A program made the translations under genes and the position numbers. Below the pieces are notes generated by a model. The model was given only the letters and a program-made list of their open reading frames with translations, did no database searches and had not been told where the DNA came from. Positions 11,037 to 21,846 of a stretch of 32,000 nucleotides of DNA are shown here, one piece after another (within the stretch, counting starts at the first letter, position 1; each line of letters opens with the position of its first letter). Origin of the DNA: Zygophlyctis sp. KS116 (Eukaryota > Fungi > Chytridiomycota); the NCBI GenBank assembly GCA_054661495.1, contig BAAFSQ010000085.1:1-32000 (forward strand). Direction: 5' to 3'.

Positions 11037-12267
11037 ATGATTTTTAAGCATTTCTTATTCATTTACTGGATATCTATCATTGGATCAAGGGATCCTGATG
11101 CTCCCCCGGCCCGATTTAGAATTCAAAGCGAGAGCGATTTTGTTCGAACCATTTGCTTAACCAGCAATCTGTTTAGAACAATGCAACACAAAATGTCTAG
11201 ATTGTACAGTAAACCACAACTCACTTATGATAAGCATATGAAATCTCTATCATGGGTGAATGCACAGATTAGGGAACTTCCCATACTCTTTAGTCAAGAG
11301 CATCATCTGGCTCGACCAGAACTGTTATACACTTATGCACTTTATAGTGGATTTGCAATGTGTAGTAGTCCTTATGAAATAGCTGCATTATCATTTCCTC
11401 ACAAAGATGTTATTGGACTACTTCCAACTGGAAAGTTTGATTTATTTGATTTTCAATCGTTTCCTGCATACTATAATGAAATCTTTGTCAGCAATCAATT
11501 AGATGGACAGTTTTATATAGCAGTCAATCATGAACATGAGACAATTGTTTTGGCATGGAAAGGATCAACAACTGTTATTGATTTTTGGGCAGATGCAAAT
11601 GGTAGATTGGCTGGTTTCAAAAATAAGAGTTTCATACCTTACAAGGATACTGCAACTTCAAATATAAAATGTAAAACTCCAGAAAATAGAACTGATTTTT
11701 TCTATTTTTCAGGATTTTTTTTAACAATGCATCAGGCAGTCTTGGATCGAGCCGTAGCTGCTTTACAAAAGGCAAAGACCAAATTTACAAATTATAGTAT
11801 AGTAATAACTGGACATTCATTAGGTGGAGCTAAAGCAATGATTAATGCATTGTATCTGGCAAAATTTCATTCAGACACTTTACCTTTAACTGCAATTTAT
11901 ACTTTTGGACAGCCTCCAATTGGATCTACTAGTTTTGGTAACTGGATGGCAGATTGTATTGGGCCTAAAAAGATTATTAGAGTGACTTCGCAGTGGGATT
12001 TGGTTCCTTTTTCTCGGATTGCAATCAATGTGAATCATCCAGATAGTGTCATAGAAGCATATGGATACGATGCCAAAAAAAATGTATGGAGATGGTGTCA
12101 AGGCCCGGATGATCGGACTTGTAGCGCTGGTGCGAATTGTTTAAGAAGGAGTTGGCGATATCATAGGTATATAAACATGATTAATAGATAGTTGGTATGG
12201 TGGGCTTTATATCAGTGGACTTTTGTGCGATTATTATAAAGGTGTCCAAAATAATAAAACGAAATGA
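11037..12267 (+). CDS. secreted class 3 lipase (alpha/beta hydrolase), 1 intron
   Basis: Hydrophobic N-terminus, IVLAWKGS, nucleophile elbow ITGHSLGGA, YTFGQP, DLVP, and His in RYHSWY after intron 12167-12191. Confidence 0.9.
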
Positions 12268-12316
12268 AAATGACGTGTTTCCGTGAGATTTCTTTGAGTC
12301 TCATTTCGTGTTTCAG

Positions 12317-13380
12317 ATGATTGGCGATAAGAGAATTATTGATATTGGGTTAACCCCAGGAAAATCAGAAATCGGTTCATTGAGAAATCTTGTACATAAG
12401 GAATGGAAAGGTGAACATGGGATGATGCATTCATTGGGAAGCGACCAATCACTAACTGATGACTGGTTTCCTCCGCCAGAGTACTTTATTCAAGTCCTAG
12501 AGAATTCATCATTGAAAAAACAGTCTATAAAATCTCATAGGAAGCTTGCTGGAGATATCGCAAACTTAAATGTATGCTTAAGATGCGCTTCAGATAGGTA
12601 AAACCAAACTAATTATTAATCCTAGTTGGTTTCTTGCATTCAAGCAGCACAAAGAACTGTTAAAGGTTGAGATATTCGCTAGAGCAAGTTTAGCATCTGA
12701 ATTTAATTGTGATGTCTATAATCAAACTGTTCAAATCGCCAAAACCTTGATATTTAAAAATGTACTTGATATCGGCATTTATTATAGGAAGCAGAGAATT
12801 GTAAAGATTTATTAAAATCTATATTGCATCGTGGATTTTCCCCAGCAAAGATCTGGAAATCCCCAAGATTTTCTGGTTCAAAGCTTTCGGCGATGGTTCC
12901 GGTGATGCAGATACCCTTCAGCTGTAAAGAAAGATCATTGGATATTTTACTATATTTATTGAAAAGAAATCCTGATATAGCCAAAAGCTGTGTGATAGAG
13001 TATATGTCCGAATGGATCAATGATCTAGAAACAGCAACTTGGGAATTGGTATGGGACAGTGCCATTATTAGAATCCGCACAAAGAAATTATTTTACAACC
13101 TGACATTTTCTTGTGGAACTTTACGAAATTATGATAAAGGTTTCCAATCATCAAGAGACGTTCTTTCAAGCTACGTGGTATTTTAAATTTATTGATACTC
13201 TAGTTAATGCATTTAAAAGTTTATCAGCAGATTCTCGAAAGCTCAGATATCAAATTTCCTGATGAACTGTATGCCAAGATTCAGCGCAGTTTATCAAAAC
13301 TGAAAACTCTACCATATCAATTTCTTCATGAAAATATGTCCAAACTGGAAATAGATGCACCAGTTCACTGCAAAATTTAA
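12317..13380 (+). CDS. hypothetical protein, 3 introns
   Basis: Introns 12598-12625, 12762-12787, 13178-13203 give one continuous frame to TAA at 13378-13380. No family recognised; start uncertain. Confidence 0.6.
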
Positions 13381-14332
13381 AACTTTTTCAACTGTTCTAA
13401 GAATACAAAAGTCAAAACTGTATGTGGTCCGATTCTTAAGTAATGAGCCTGAAATCCCTTATATAAAGCAGAGATCCCTTCTGCTTTAATAATCTTTTGG
13501 ATACAATCAAACCCATTTCTATATAGCGACCCAATCTTTTTATTCTCAGCAGTTTTTTGATTATACATTCGGGTTGAAGCTACATCAAATGGATTCATTG
13601 CCAAACATACAAGAAAAGAAGTGATCAATGACGCTGAAACATGAGTTTTTAATTGTCCAGAAGGAATAGACTGATCATAAATTTGAGCGGATGTAACTAA
13701 ACCTTTAGAAATATCATATGAAGATAGCTGAACAGAAGATCCTATCCCAGTTCGAAGCATACTTGCATCTGCTCCTCTCCAGAGTCCTTTTAACCCTTCG
13801 GTCTTGTAAATCATATTCAATGCAGACCAAACACCATTTTCCAAATACTTGTGCTGATGTCCAATAGTCTGTAGTGATGAAACGGGAGTCAATGACTGTA
13901 AGCGAGTCTTTATCAGAAAGAGAGGCGATGCTAAAAATGCGCCTAATATGCCTGTTGAAGCTCCCGACATAATCATGGAAAATATCTGATAAGAATTATG
14001 AGGATCTAATATCTTGATTGCATTTTGGATTCCATCCTTTACTGGTTCATAGAGTCCCAGTCTTGTTCCATTCAAAATAATCTGATAAAGATCTAGGCAA
14101 TTTAATTATAATGAATAGTACATGCTACTCCCAGACCTCTCTGTAAGCCAGAGAATCCCTCATTTTTAATTACAGTTAAGAATGCTGTTGGTGCATTCTT
14201 GTATAGGACGGCAGATGTCTTTGATAGCTCTCCCTGAAGCTGCATTCTAGTTTTGATGACTTCAAAAGGATTAGTAAATGTCACTGCTCCACAAGTTGCT
14301 AGTGCCCCGACTGTAAATGACTTTACCGACAT
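13377..14332 (-). CDS. OAC1: mitochondrial carrier, oxaloacetate carrier-like (OAC1/SLC25A35 type), 1 intron
   Basis: Carrier motifs NPFEVIKTRMQLQGEL, SPLFLIKTRLQS, NPFDVASTRMYNQ; YQIILNGTRLGLYE, HYLRIGPHTVLTF. Intron 14093-14121. Confidence 0.88.
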
Positions 14333-14384
14333 ACGTTTTATTAAAAAACTTTCGCCAATTGGATCGTAGCATACGAGCAGTAGC

Positions 14385-14837
14385 TTACGATTGTTGTGAT
14401 GTTTTGAAAGCTTTCCTTTCTATAGACGGTAGTACGATCTTGAATCTTGGGGTAATAACTTTGGTATGTGGATATTTTCCAGAGATTCTGGCTATCTGTG
14501 CTGATCGCTTGATCTCTTGACTATAGTTGGGATATAAAGACTCCGAATGATTCTTGAGTACTTTGGGTTCATGTTTTACTAGATTTGATGTGTCCGGATT
14601 CCAGTTTCTCCTGAGAACAAGTTCAGGAATATTGTATATAAGAGCTTCTTTATTGTCCATATTCTCGCTTAAATCACTGTTTTTAGTAATTTGTGTTTTA
14701 TGCTTGTTGATCTTTGGGAGTTTAAGTCCAAATCGCATACGGTCATGTCCATGAGTGGTAAGATTTAATTTCTCAAATGTTTTTTGCATCTCCTCAAAAG
14801 AATGAAAGAAACCCAGTTTTTTTGATTGACTATTCAT
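14385..14837 (-). CDS. hypothetical basic protein (150 aa)
   Basis: Uninterrupted ATG-initiated ORF filling the gap between LeuRS and the carrier. No homology recognised. Confidence 0.5.
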   Translation of the reverse strand: MNSQSKKLGFFHSFEEMQKTFEKLNLTTHGHDRMRFGLKLPKINKHKTQITKNSDLSENMDNKEALIYNIPELVLRRNWNPDTSNLVKHEPKVLKNHSESLYPNYSQEIKRSAQIARISGKYPHTKVITPRFKIVLPSIERKAFKTSQQS

Positions 14838-14854
14838 TAATTGATGACATCACG

Positions 14855-17800
14855 CTAAACAATTCTATAAACTGGTACTCCAGGAACTGCATTTTCGGCA
14901 CTTTTAGAATCCTCAGGATCTTCAAGACTTTCCTTGATTGCAATTTCAACTTTCGATACTTTAAGATTTGATAACTCCCTACGCAAGTAATCAATATTCA
15001 AAGAAAGAGTGGTAGATTCATCAAATAAAAGGTTTCTGTTTAACGCTTCTTGACCAAGTTCATCCACAGTTTTCTACAGTTTTAAGATGAAAAGGTTACC
15101 TTTACAGCAGCAACAAACGGCATGATTCTCTTGTCTTTAAGGAGGCCGGCAGCAGCGAGTTTTTCCCGTTCTCCAACTATTTTCTTTTCTTCCTAAAATT
15201 TTAGATTATCATAAATTCTTACTGTACTCCAACAGTCTTTCAAAATTAGTATAGCAGCTTCTTGCCATTTAGGATATTCTTTGGCCATATATAATCTAAG
15301 GCATTTATCGGAAGAAGAGCTTGTTTCTTCTTTGGGTACACCTTTCTTTGCCCTTTTTTTTGCCGCAACATCCTCGGATGAGCGAATAGTATTACAAATA
15401 CCCCTTACATAATTTGCAGCTGATAAGATAGATTCATCAACAGTTTCAGTGACTGGCCACAATGCTTGAGTAACTGATGAAGTTTTTCCTAGGATCTCTT
15501 TCCAGATATGTTCCGACCAATGTGGGGTAATAGGACATAATAGTAAAGCCTGAACTTCTATAAATTTCAAAATCAAGTCCTTGTGCATTCCTTCAAATGT
15601 TTCAGACTCTGATAAGGATACTTGACCTTTGCCAGTTGTAGCTTTTCTATATTCGTTCCTGGCATTTTGAAGATCATAGAAACCAAACTTGAGGGCTTCC
15701 CTATAAAGCATATTTGAATATGATTTATCCGTAAGATTAATTATTTTGTTCATTTCTGAATTAAAAACTTGATCATTCCATGAGAAAGGGCCGTCACGCA
15801 TTGGCTCTTTAAGGGCATCCTGGATCCATTCCTTTTCGGTGAATAGCTTCAAAATAGCATCGTCAGCAGTTTTTTCTAAAAAGTTTGCGTCCTCAAGTCC
15901 ATCACCAGCATCTGCAAGTGCAAAACGGACGGCATCAGCGCCATACTTATCAATGGCTTCGCGAAGTGTCATGAAGTTCCCGGTTGATTTCGACATTTTT
16001 GCATTGTTTAAAAGAAGATGACCATTAGACCTGACAGCTTGAGGCCAGTGTTCAGGAGGGAAAATTGCCGTGTGATTATAGATAAAAAATGTCAAATGGT
16101 TGGGCACAAGATCCTTTCCAGAGCATCGCAAGTCGAGGGGATAAAAATAGCGAAATTCGCGCCTTAATTTTTCCAGAATATCTTTGGGAATTTTGGATGT
16201 TATCGGATATTCTGTGTCCAATAGAATGTAACTCCAAACCTCATCAGTCAATTGATCAGGTGATATACCGGCAGGACCAGTTACAGACCCATCAAAAGAC
16301 CCTTCTTGTAAAAGATGCGCCACTGTATAATATGCCATGTAAATAGTTGAATCACTCAAAGACTCTATAAGCCACTGCTGATCCCATGGTAATCTAGAGC
16401 CCAATCCGAAACTACGTGAACAAGCCCATTGCCTTAGCCAGTCTAAAGTTTTTATGAATTGGTTTCTAGTTTCCTCGCCGAATGTTTGCATTCTAGAAAG
16501 ACATCTATTGACATAAAATAAAGAATAACATACTCTTCGGCCTTTTTCTTCCATGATTCTTCGCCATAATCCATGTACCATTGTGCGGCTAAAGTGACTA
16601 CACATTCATCTCCACTTCGACTAATCACTTGCCCTTCTGGCTCACAATATGGAAATGCATCGCCAGATTCAATCAGAAGAGCTCGAATCAAAGGTTTCGC
16701 CTCCTGAACAGGTCTGAAAGGTTAGATTAAATGTTTTTTAAGGCACAAATCAGATATTGTAAATTATTCAGCTTGGGTTTTCAGAAGAACGAAACAAGAA
16801 TTTTTTTACGTGTATCATCATTTTTGCACTCATTAATCGCTAGAAACTTACTTTCCAGAATGTGGCCCAACCACCATTTTTCCACTATAAAATCCTTCCT
16901 TATAAACAATTTCTTTCGCTTTTGCAAGATTAACCTTATCTTTCTGACTTGCGATTTTCAAGTCTTGTACAACTTTAACTGCAGCCATTCCTCCATAATT
17001 AGGAGTTTCAATTATAGATATTGGTGGTAGGAAAGGATCAATCCAATCTTTATGAACATTGTAATATGCCGGTTTTTTTGATAAATCCATAAGAGTAATA
17101 TAGTCATCTGGTGAATCTGACGGGACTGAGGTGACTACACCTGTGCCCTTTGTAGCTATCACTCCTTCCATAGGAAGAGTATAAACGACTGAATATTTAG
17201 ATAATGGAGCTTTCAACGGTACTCCAACCAGATCCCATCCTTTCAAATCAGCAATCTTACGAACTACTCCTTTTTCTTCAAAAAGATTTTGGAATGCCAT
17301 ATTCTTGGCAGCGCGTTCTGTACATACCCAAGCTTCCTTATCATTTACAACAAATATCCCGTAATCCAGATCAACTCCAACAAAACAATTAGTTTGACCA
17401 TACATAGTTTCAGGTCTCAACGTTGCTGCAACTAAATAAAGTGAACGATTCCCCAGAGACTCCTTTAAACTGATCAACTTAGACCCCACGTTTATATCTT
17501 TTACTTTATATTTAGAATCAATCTGATCAATCAACACTTTTAATTTTATTCCAGTGTACTCCTGCACTCCTACTCCTTCTCCTGAGGCACGATCATGGTC
17601 CATACATGGCTGTCCATCCAAAGGAGAATAAATTGTGTATCTCTCCCCAAACTGAACCTTTGGAGGAGAACAAGCCTTTAGTTGGTTGAATTGCCATCTA
17701 ATAAAAGAGTCATAATATGGATTAACATCAGTTGTGATAAATGATCTCCTCCAATCCACTGATAATCCAAAGTCTTTCAAGTCCTGAACAGCAAGAGGAG

Positions 17801-18365
17801 GGAAGTAGTACAACCAATATTTTGGATCAGCAAATTGCTTAATCTCCTCGTTTGGCACTCCCAATGCTCTCATAATCTGAAACTGATACTTTAAACCCGT
17901 AGATTTGGCATTTAGCTTCCCATGCTTCTTCACAATTTTTGTTGGATCCGTCTCTTTATTATGAGCCGTTTCACTGGGTCCAGGAGCTCCAGTTGATTCT
18001 TCAGTTTCTTCTACATAATTTGAGAAATCCGAACCAAACAACTCAATTTCCCTTTTTAGTTTATCAGCACAAGCCTTGATTGGCATTCCGGTACAGTGAA
18101 ATCCAAAAGGAAATAATACTCTCTTCCCCTTCATTCTTTGATATCCAACAGTGAATTCCACCTTTGACAATGAGAATGAGTGCCCCAAATGGAGTCTTCC
18201 ATTCATGTAAGGGTAAGGAAAAGAAACCATATATTTTGGTGGCACAGTTTCCCCAGGCTCCGGAGCATCAACTTGAAATGGTTTGATGACATTCCATTCA
18301 CTTTGCACCTGTTTCTCAATTGCAACCAGTGAATCCCTCTTTGTGAATGCTTTGGATGATAGCAT
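14855..18365 (-). CDS. CDC60: cytosolic leucyl-tRNA synthetase, 4 introns
   Basis: FPYPYMNGRLHLGH (HIGH motif), ATLRPETMYGQTN, GTGVVTSVPSDSPDD (editing domain), IESLSDSTIY, KMSKSTGNF. Introns 16714-16851 (138 nt), 16505-16533, 15193-15222, 15074-15099. Confidence 0.97.
16743..16829 (-). ncRNA. intronic box C/D snoRNA, snR54/SNORD59-like (18S rRNA Am974 yeast / Am1031 human guide)
   Basis: Box C ATGATGA (16821-16815), D' CTGA (16784-16781), D CTGA (16753-16750), terminal stem GTGCAAA/TTTGTGC. Guide TTTCGTTCTT directly 5' of D' is complementary to the conserved 18S sequence AAGAACGAAA. Confidence 0.85.
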
Positions 18366-18440
18366 TGATCTAATTGATTTTATTAAAATCTTGAAAAAGA
18401 AATAAGCTCCTAACCGCTTTTTAAAAAGAAAATAAAGTTC

Positions 18441-19418
18441 CTAAGCACTATTGGTGAAGGTCTTGAGGGAATCCAGGGTTTCTTGATCAAGATCTAGAAC
18501 CAGTACAGGAAGTAGAGCTTCTTCAGTCCTACCACTGATTGTAAATGTTGCCTTGAGTTGATGAGATACAGATACCATCTTATGACTAAATGCAGTTACC
18601 ACATCTACTGATTTCCAAATACTTTTTGGATTTTTAATTCTAGAATCACGAAGAGGAATATCGATTGAAATTCTGCTACTGACTGGAATCTTTGTTTTTC
18701 CTGATTTTTTAACAGGTGTACTTTCAGCAAGAACATAGTCAATTCTTCGAACCTGACCTTGACAAAATACAGTTTCAGTTTGAATTAATTGAGCCTTTAA
18801 GAATTCAACTGCTCCAGCAGTGTCAATTTTAATATTTAGATTACTTCCCACAAAAATCGCATGTTTGTCAAATCTGATCATAACCTTATCATTTGCAATA
18901 ATTTCTTCAAATTCCAAAACTTGAGGTTCTAAAGCAGCCCAAACTTGTTCTAGTTTAATTGATGGAATATTAATAGGTTCTATAGTCTTTTCAATATATT
19001 TCTTTCCAAAAAGCCCACCCTTATATTGAACTTCTACTTCCAAATCAAAAGTAATGAATGCACCGTCAGTCATTCTCTCACTTATATAAGGTGAGGAATA
19101 ATTTGATAATTGTTGAGGCTTATCAATGATCATTATAAATGGCATGACATGAGTTCCCTTTTCATATTTTGTCGGAGGATCGCCATTCACTAATCTAGTG
19201 CTCATATCATAAATAACCTCTTCTTGAATAAATTTCAATGTTGAGACAGTAATCTGACTCTTTACCAATCCCTTGAATGAAACTTCAATGTATAAGACTT
19301 CGACATCCCTTGAAGAGTCGAATCGGACTTCCCCTGAAAGAATGAGTTGGGGTGTAATTCCAGCATATCCTCTGATGAATGATCCAGAATCTGGTATCAA
19401 TGTAAGATTGGAAATCAT
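18441..19418 (-). CDS. arrestin-fold (alpha-arrestin-like) protein
   Basis: Beta-rich pattern LSGEVRF...IEVSFKGLVKS...GTHVMPF...VSHQLKATF. Start placed at MISNLTL (19418) because the longer ORF extension overlaps PSD1 on the other strand. Confidence 0.65.
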   Translation of the reverse strand: MISNLTLIPDSGSFIRGYAGITPQLILSGEVRFDSSRDVEVLYIEVSFKGLVKSQITVSTLKFIQEEVIYDMSTRLVNGDPPTKYEKGTHVMPFIMIIDKPQQLSNYSSPYISERMTDGAFITFDLEVEVQYKGGLFGKKYIEKTIEPINIPSIKLEQVWAALEPQVLEFEEIIANDKVMIRFDKHAIFVGSNLNIKIDTAGAVEFLKAQLIQTETVFCQGQVRRIDYVLAESTPVKKSGKTKIPVSSRISIDIPLRDSRIKNPKSIWKSVDVVTAFSHKMVSVSHQLKATFTISGRTEEALLPVLVLDLDQETLDSLKTFTNSA

Positions 19419-19518
19419 TTCTAAAATAGTAAGACTATATTGCGGCAGGTCAAGGAGCGCTTGTGAAACTGTTTCAGCCTTCTCTGAATGCTTTTCAGTA
19501 GAGTAAGATTTAATATCT

Positions 19519-20736
19519 ATGGCAGGATTTCCCCAATCAGCAAGAGGTTTTATCAGTCTGCAAACAATCAGAGTAAGTAAAGTGCTATTAAATTCAGGCG
19601 ACAAGAAGAAGAGATTTGTTTGGACGCCGATCCCAATTTCAATAGGCATATTAGTACTTGCTGCTATACAATCTAGGAAAATCATTGCTAGGCCTAGATA
19701 TGAAACCGATGATGATATTAAGATTACCGGAGATTGGTATATACACCTATATATGATGATGCCTCTGCGTACGCTCTCAAGATGGTGGGGAAAGTTGAAT
19801 TCAATCACTGTACCTGAATTTTTAAGAAGTGTATTGTACACACAATATGTATTTTAAAGGAAATTACTAATTTTATATAGGCTAGGATATTTAATGCTAA
19901 TTTAGAGGAAGTTGAACATGATCTAGGTCATTTTAAGAACCTTGGAGAGTTTTTTTATAGATCATTGAGGCCAGATGCAAGGCCAATTCATGAGACGGCA
20001 GAATTAGTAGGTTCAGTTCCAGGTTAATTTTTAGGTTTCTCCTGTAGATGGAACCGTTTTGCTTACTGGTAAGGTTGATAATGGGATGGCAGTCATTGAT
20101 AAAATTAAAAATACTTCATATTCTGTGAATGCGCTATTAGGAGATCGAGAAGCCAAATATAATTCTAAAGAATTATTTTATGCAGTTATATATTTAGCAC
20201 CTGGGGATTATCACAGATTTCATTCACCAACAATGTGGAAAATATCAAAATTAAGACATTTTGCTGGAGAAATGTTGTCTGTGTATCCAAAGATTGTCTC
20301 TTTAATTCCAAATATTTTTGTTTTGAATGAAAGGATTGCCCTTTTAGGTGAATGGCGTCATGGATTTTTTGCATTTGTTCCTGTATATTAAGGATTAAAT
20401 AATGAAATAGGTTGCTGCTACAAATGTTGGGAATATTCATTTAAATTTTGAACCTGTATTTTTGATTTCTTAATATGTAGACATTAACAACGAATAGACC
20501 AGATCAGGTACCAGTAACAACTAAAATTGGCGTGTACAATGCTATTGATTATTTTAATCCAGTTACATGTCAACCTGGACAAGAGCTTGGTGGGTTTAAA
20601 CTTGGTTGTAATTTTTATAATCCTTAATTAGATAGCAACGATCGTACTAGTTTTTGAAGCTCCAGAATCGTTTGAATTTTTGGTTGAAAGAGACTCTACG
20701 ATCAAAATGGGTGAGGCGTTTGGTAAAATTGAATAA
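19519..20736 (+). CDS. PSD1: mitochondrial phosphatidylserine decarboxylase proenzyme, 5 introns
   Basis: PLRTLSRWWG, VSPVDG, VIYLAPGDYHRFHSP, LNERIALLGEW, ATNVG, self-cleavage motif FKLGSTIVLVFE. Introns 19849-19880, 20007-20034, 20383-20410, 20456-20480, 20608-20635. Confidence 0.93.
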
Positions 20737-20795
20737 GAAAAATCTTCATAAAACTCTTGAGATTGAATTACCAACCGATCAGAGCTGAATTTGAT

Positions 20796-21829
20796 ATGAA
20801 ATCTTCAAGAATATTTTCTGGAATTCAACCCACAGGAATCCCACATTTAGGAAACTACCTGGGGGCATTGCGACATTGGGTAGAAGTCCAATCTAGCCAT
20901 GATTGTATCTACAGCATTGCTGATTTGCATGCATTGACAGTTCCTCAAGTTTCAAAGGCTCTAGTGAAGAATACTCGGGAACTGACTGTAGCGTTGCTGG
21001 CAATGGGAATAGATACCAAAAAAAGTATTTTGTTTAGACAATCAAGAGTAAGTCAGCATACGGAGCTTGCATGGATCTTCTTTTGTAGAACTCCAGTTGG
21101 ATGGGTAAAGCGAATGCATCAATGGAAAACTAAAACGGGAAATAATGGATCTGAGGACGATCTTTTACCATTGCTTAATATAGGACTGCTATCGTATCCA
21201 GTACTTCAAGCAGCTGATATCATGTTATATAAAGCATCAAAGGTTCCAGTTGGTGATGATCAATCGCAGCATTTGAATTTAGCGGCAGATATAAGTAAGA
21301 GTTTTAATGGGCATTATAGAAAAAATATTTTTCCCATTCCTCAAGGGAGTAAGTATATTTCAAACTAATAGAAGTTTCAAATCATGGAAAGAGAATAATG
21401 TCTCTAAGAAATCCAAAAAACAAAATGAGCAAATCGGATTCAAATGCTTCCAGTAGAATACTAATGAATGACTCGGATGATCAGATTGCTTCAAAGATAA
21501 GAAAAGCAACAACAGATACTCAGCTTGGGATCAGTTGGGATCCAGTTGAAAGGCCGGGTGTAACTAATTTGATTAATATTTTGGCTTGTATTATGAATGA
21601 AGAGCCAATAGAAGTGGCAGAAAAATATTCAAACGATTCAAATCAACAGTTTAAGAACCGTGTTACAGATGCGGTTGTTTCAATTGTGAGACCTGTAAGA
21701 GAAGAGATGGATAGGATAAATAGAGACATGGATTTGGAGCTTATTTTAGAAGATGGTGAATCTAGGGCAAGAGATATTGCAGAAAATACAATGAAAGAAG
21801 TCAGAAATGTTATTGGATTATCGGATTAA
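20796..21829 (+). CDS. MSW1: mitochondrial (bacterial-type) tryptophanyl-tRNA synthetase, 1 intron
   Basis: IFSGIQPTGIPHLGNYLGA, YPVLQAADI, VPVGDDQSQHL, RIMSLR..KMSKSD, RPGVTNL. Intron 21349-21371 or 21349-21374 (tandem TAGAAG acceptors). Confidence 0.93.
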
Positions 21830-21846
21830 TGATTTATACACGAGAA

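Noticed and set aside
12264-12319. Upstream coding exon or uORF (ATGAAAATGACG...) for the 12317 gene via a GTGAGA..TTTCAG intron
   Set aside because: Splicing from that donor puts the upstream ATGs out of frame with the main ORF. It could be a 5' UTR intron but cannot be supported.
16731-17030. Short antisense or alternative-frame ORFs in the track (e.g. 16731-17030, 180-371, 12754-13080, 23179-23511, 25613-25915, 29003-29293)
   Set aside because: They are shadows of well-supported genes on the other strand or frame, with no recognisable motifs.
19419-19841. N-terminal 140 aa of the 466-aa minus-strand ORF as a real overlapping gene
   Set aside because: It is mostly the antisense of PSD1 exon 1. 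The arrestin-like sequence begins at the Met at 19418.
14855-21829. Functional cluster of aminoacyl-tRNA synthetases (LeuRS, TrpRS) or a metabolic gene cluster
   Set aside because: The enzymes serve different compartments and the intervening genes are unrelated. Proximity is explained by overall gene density.
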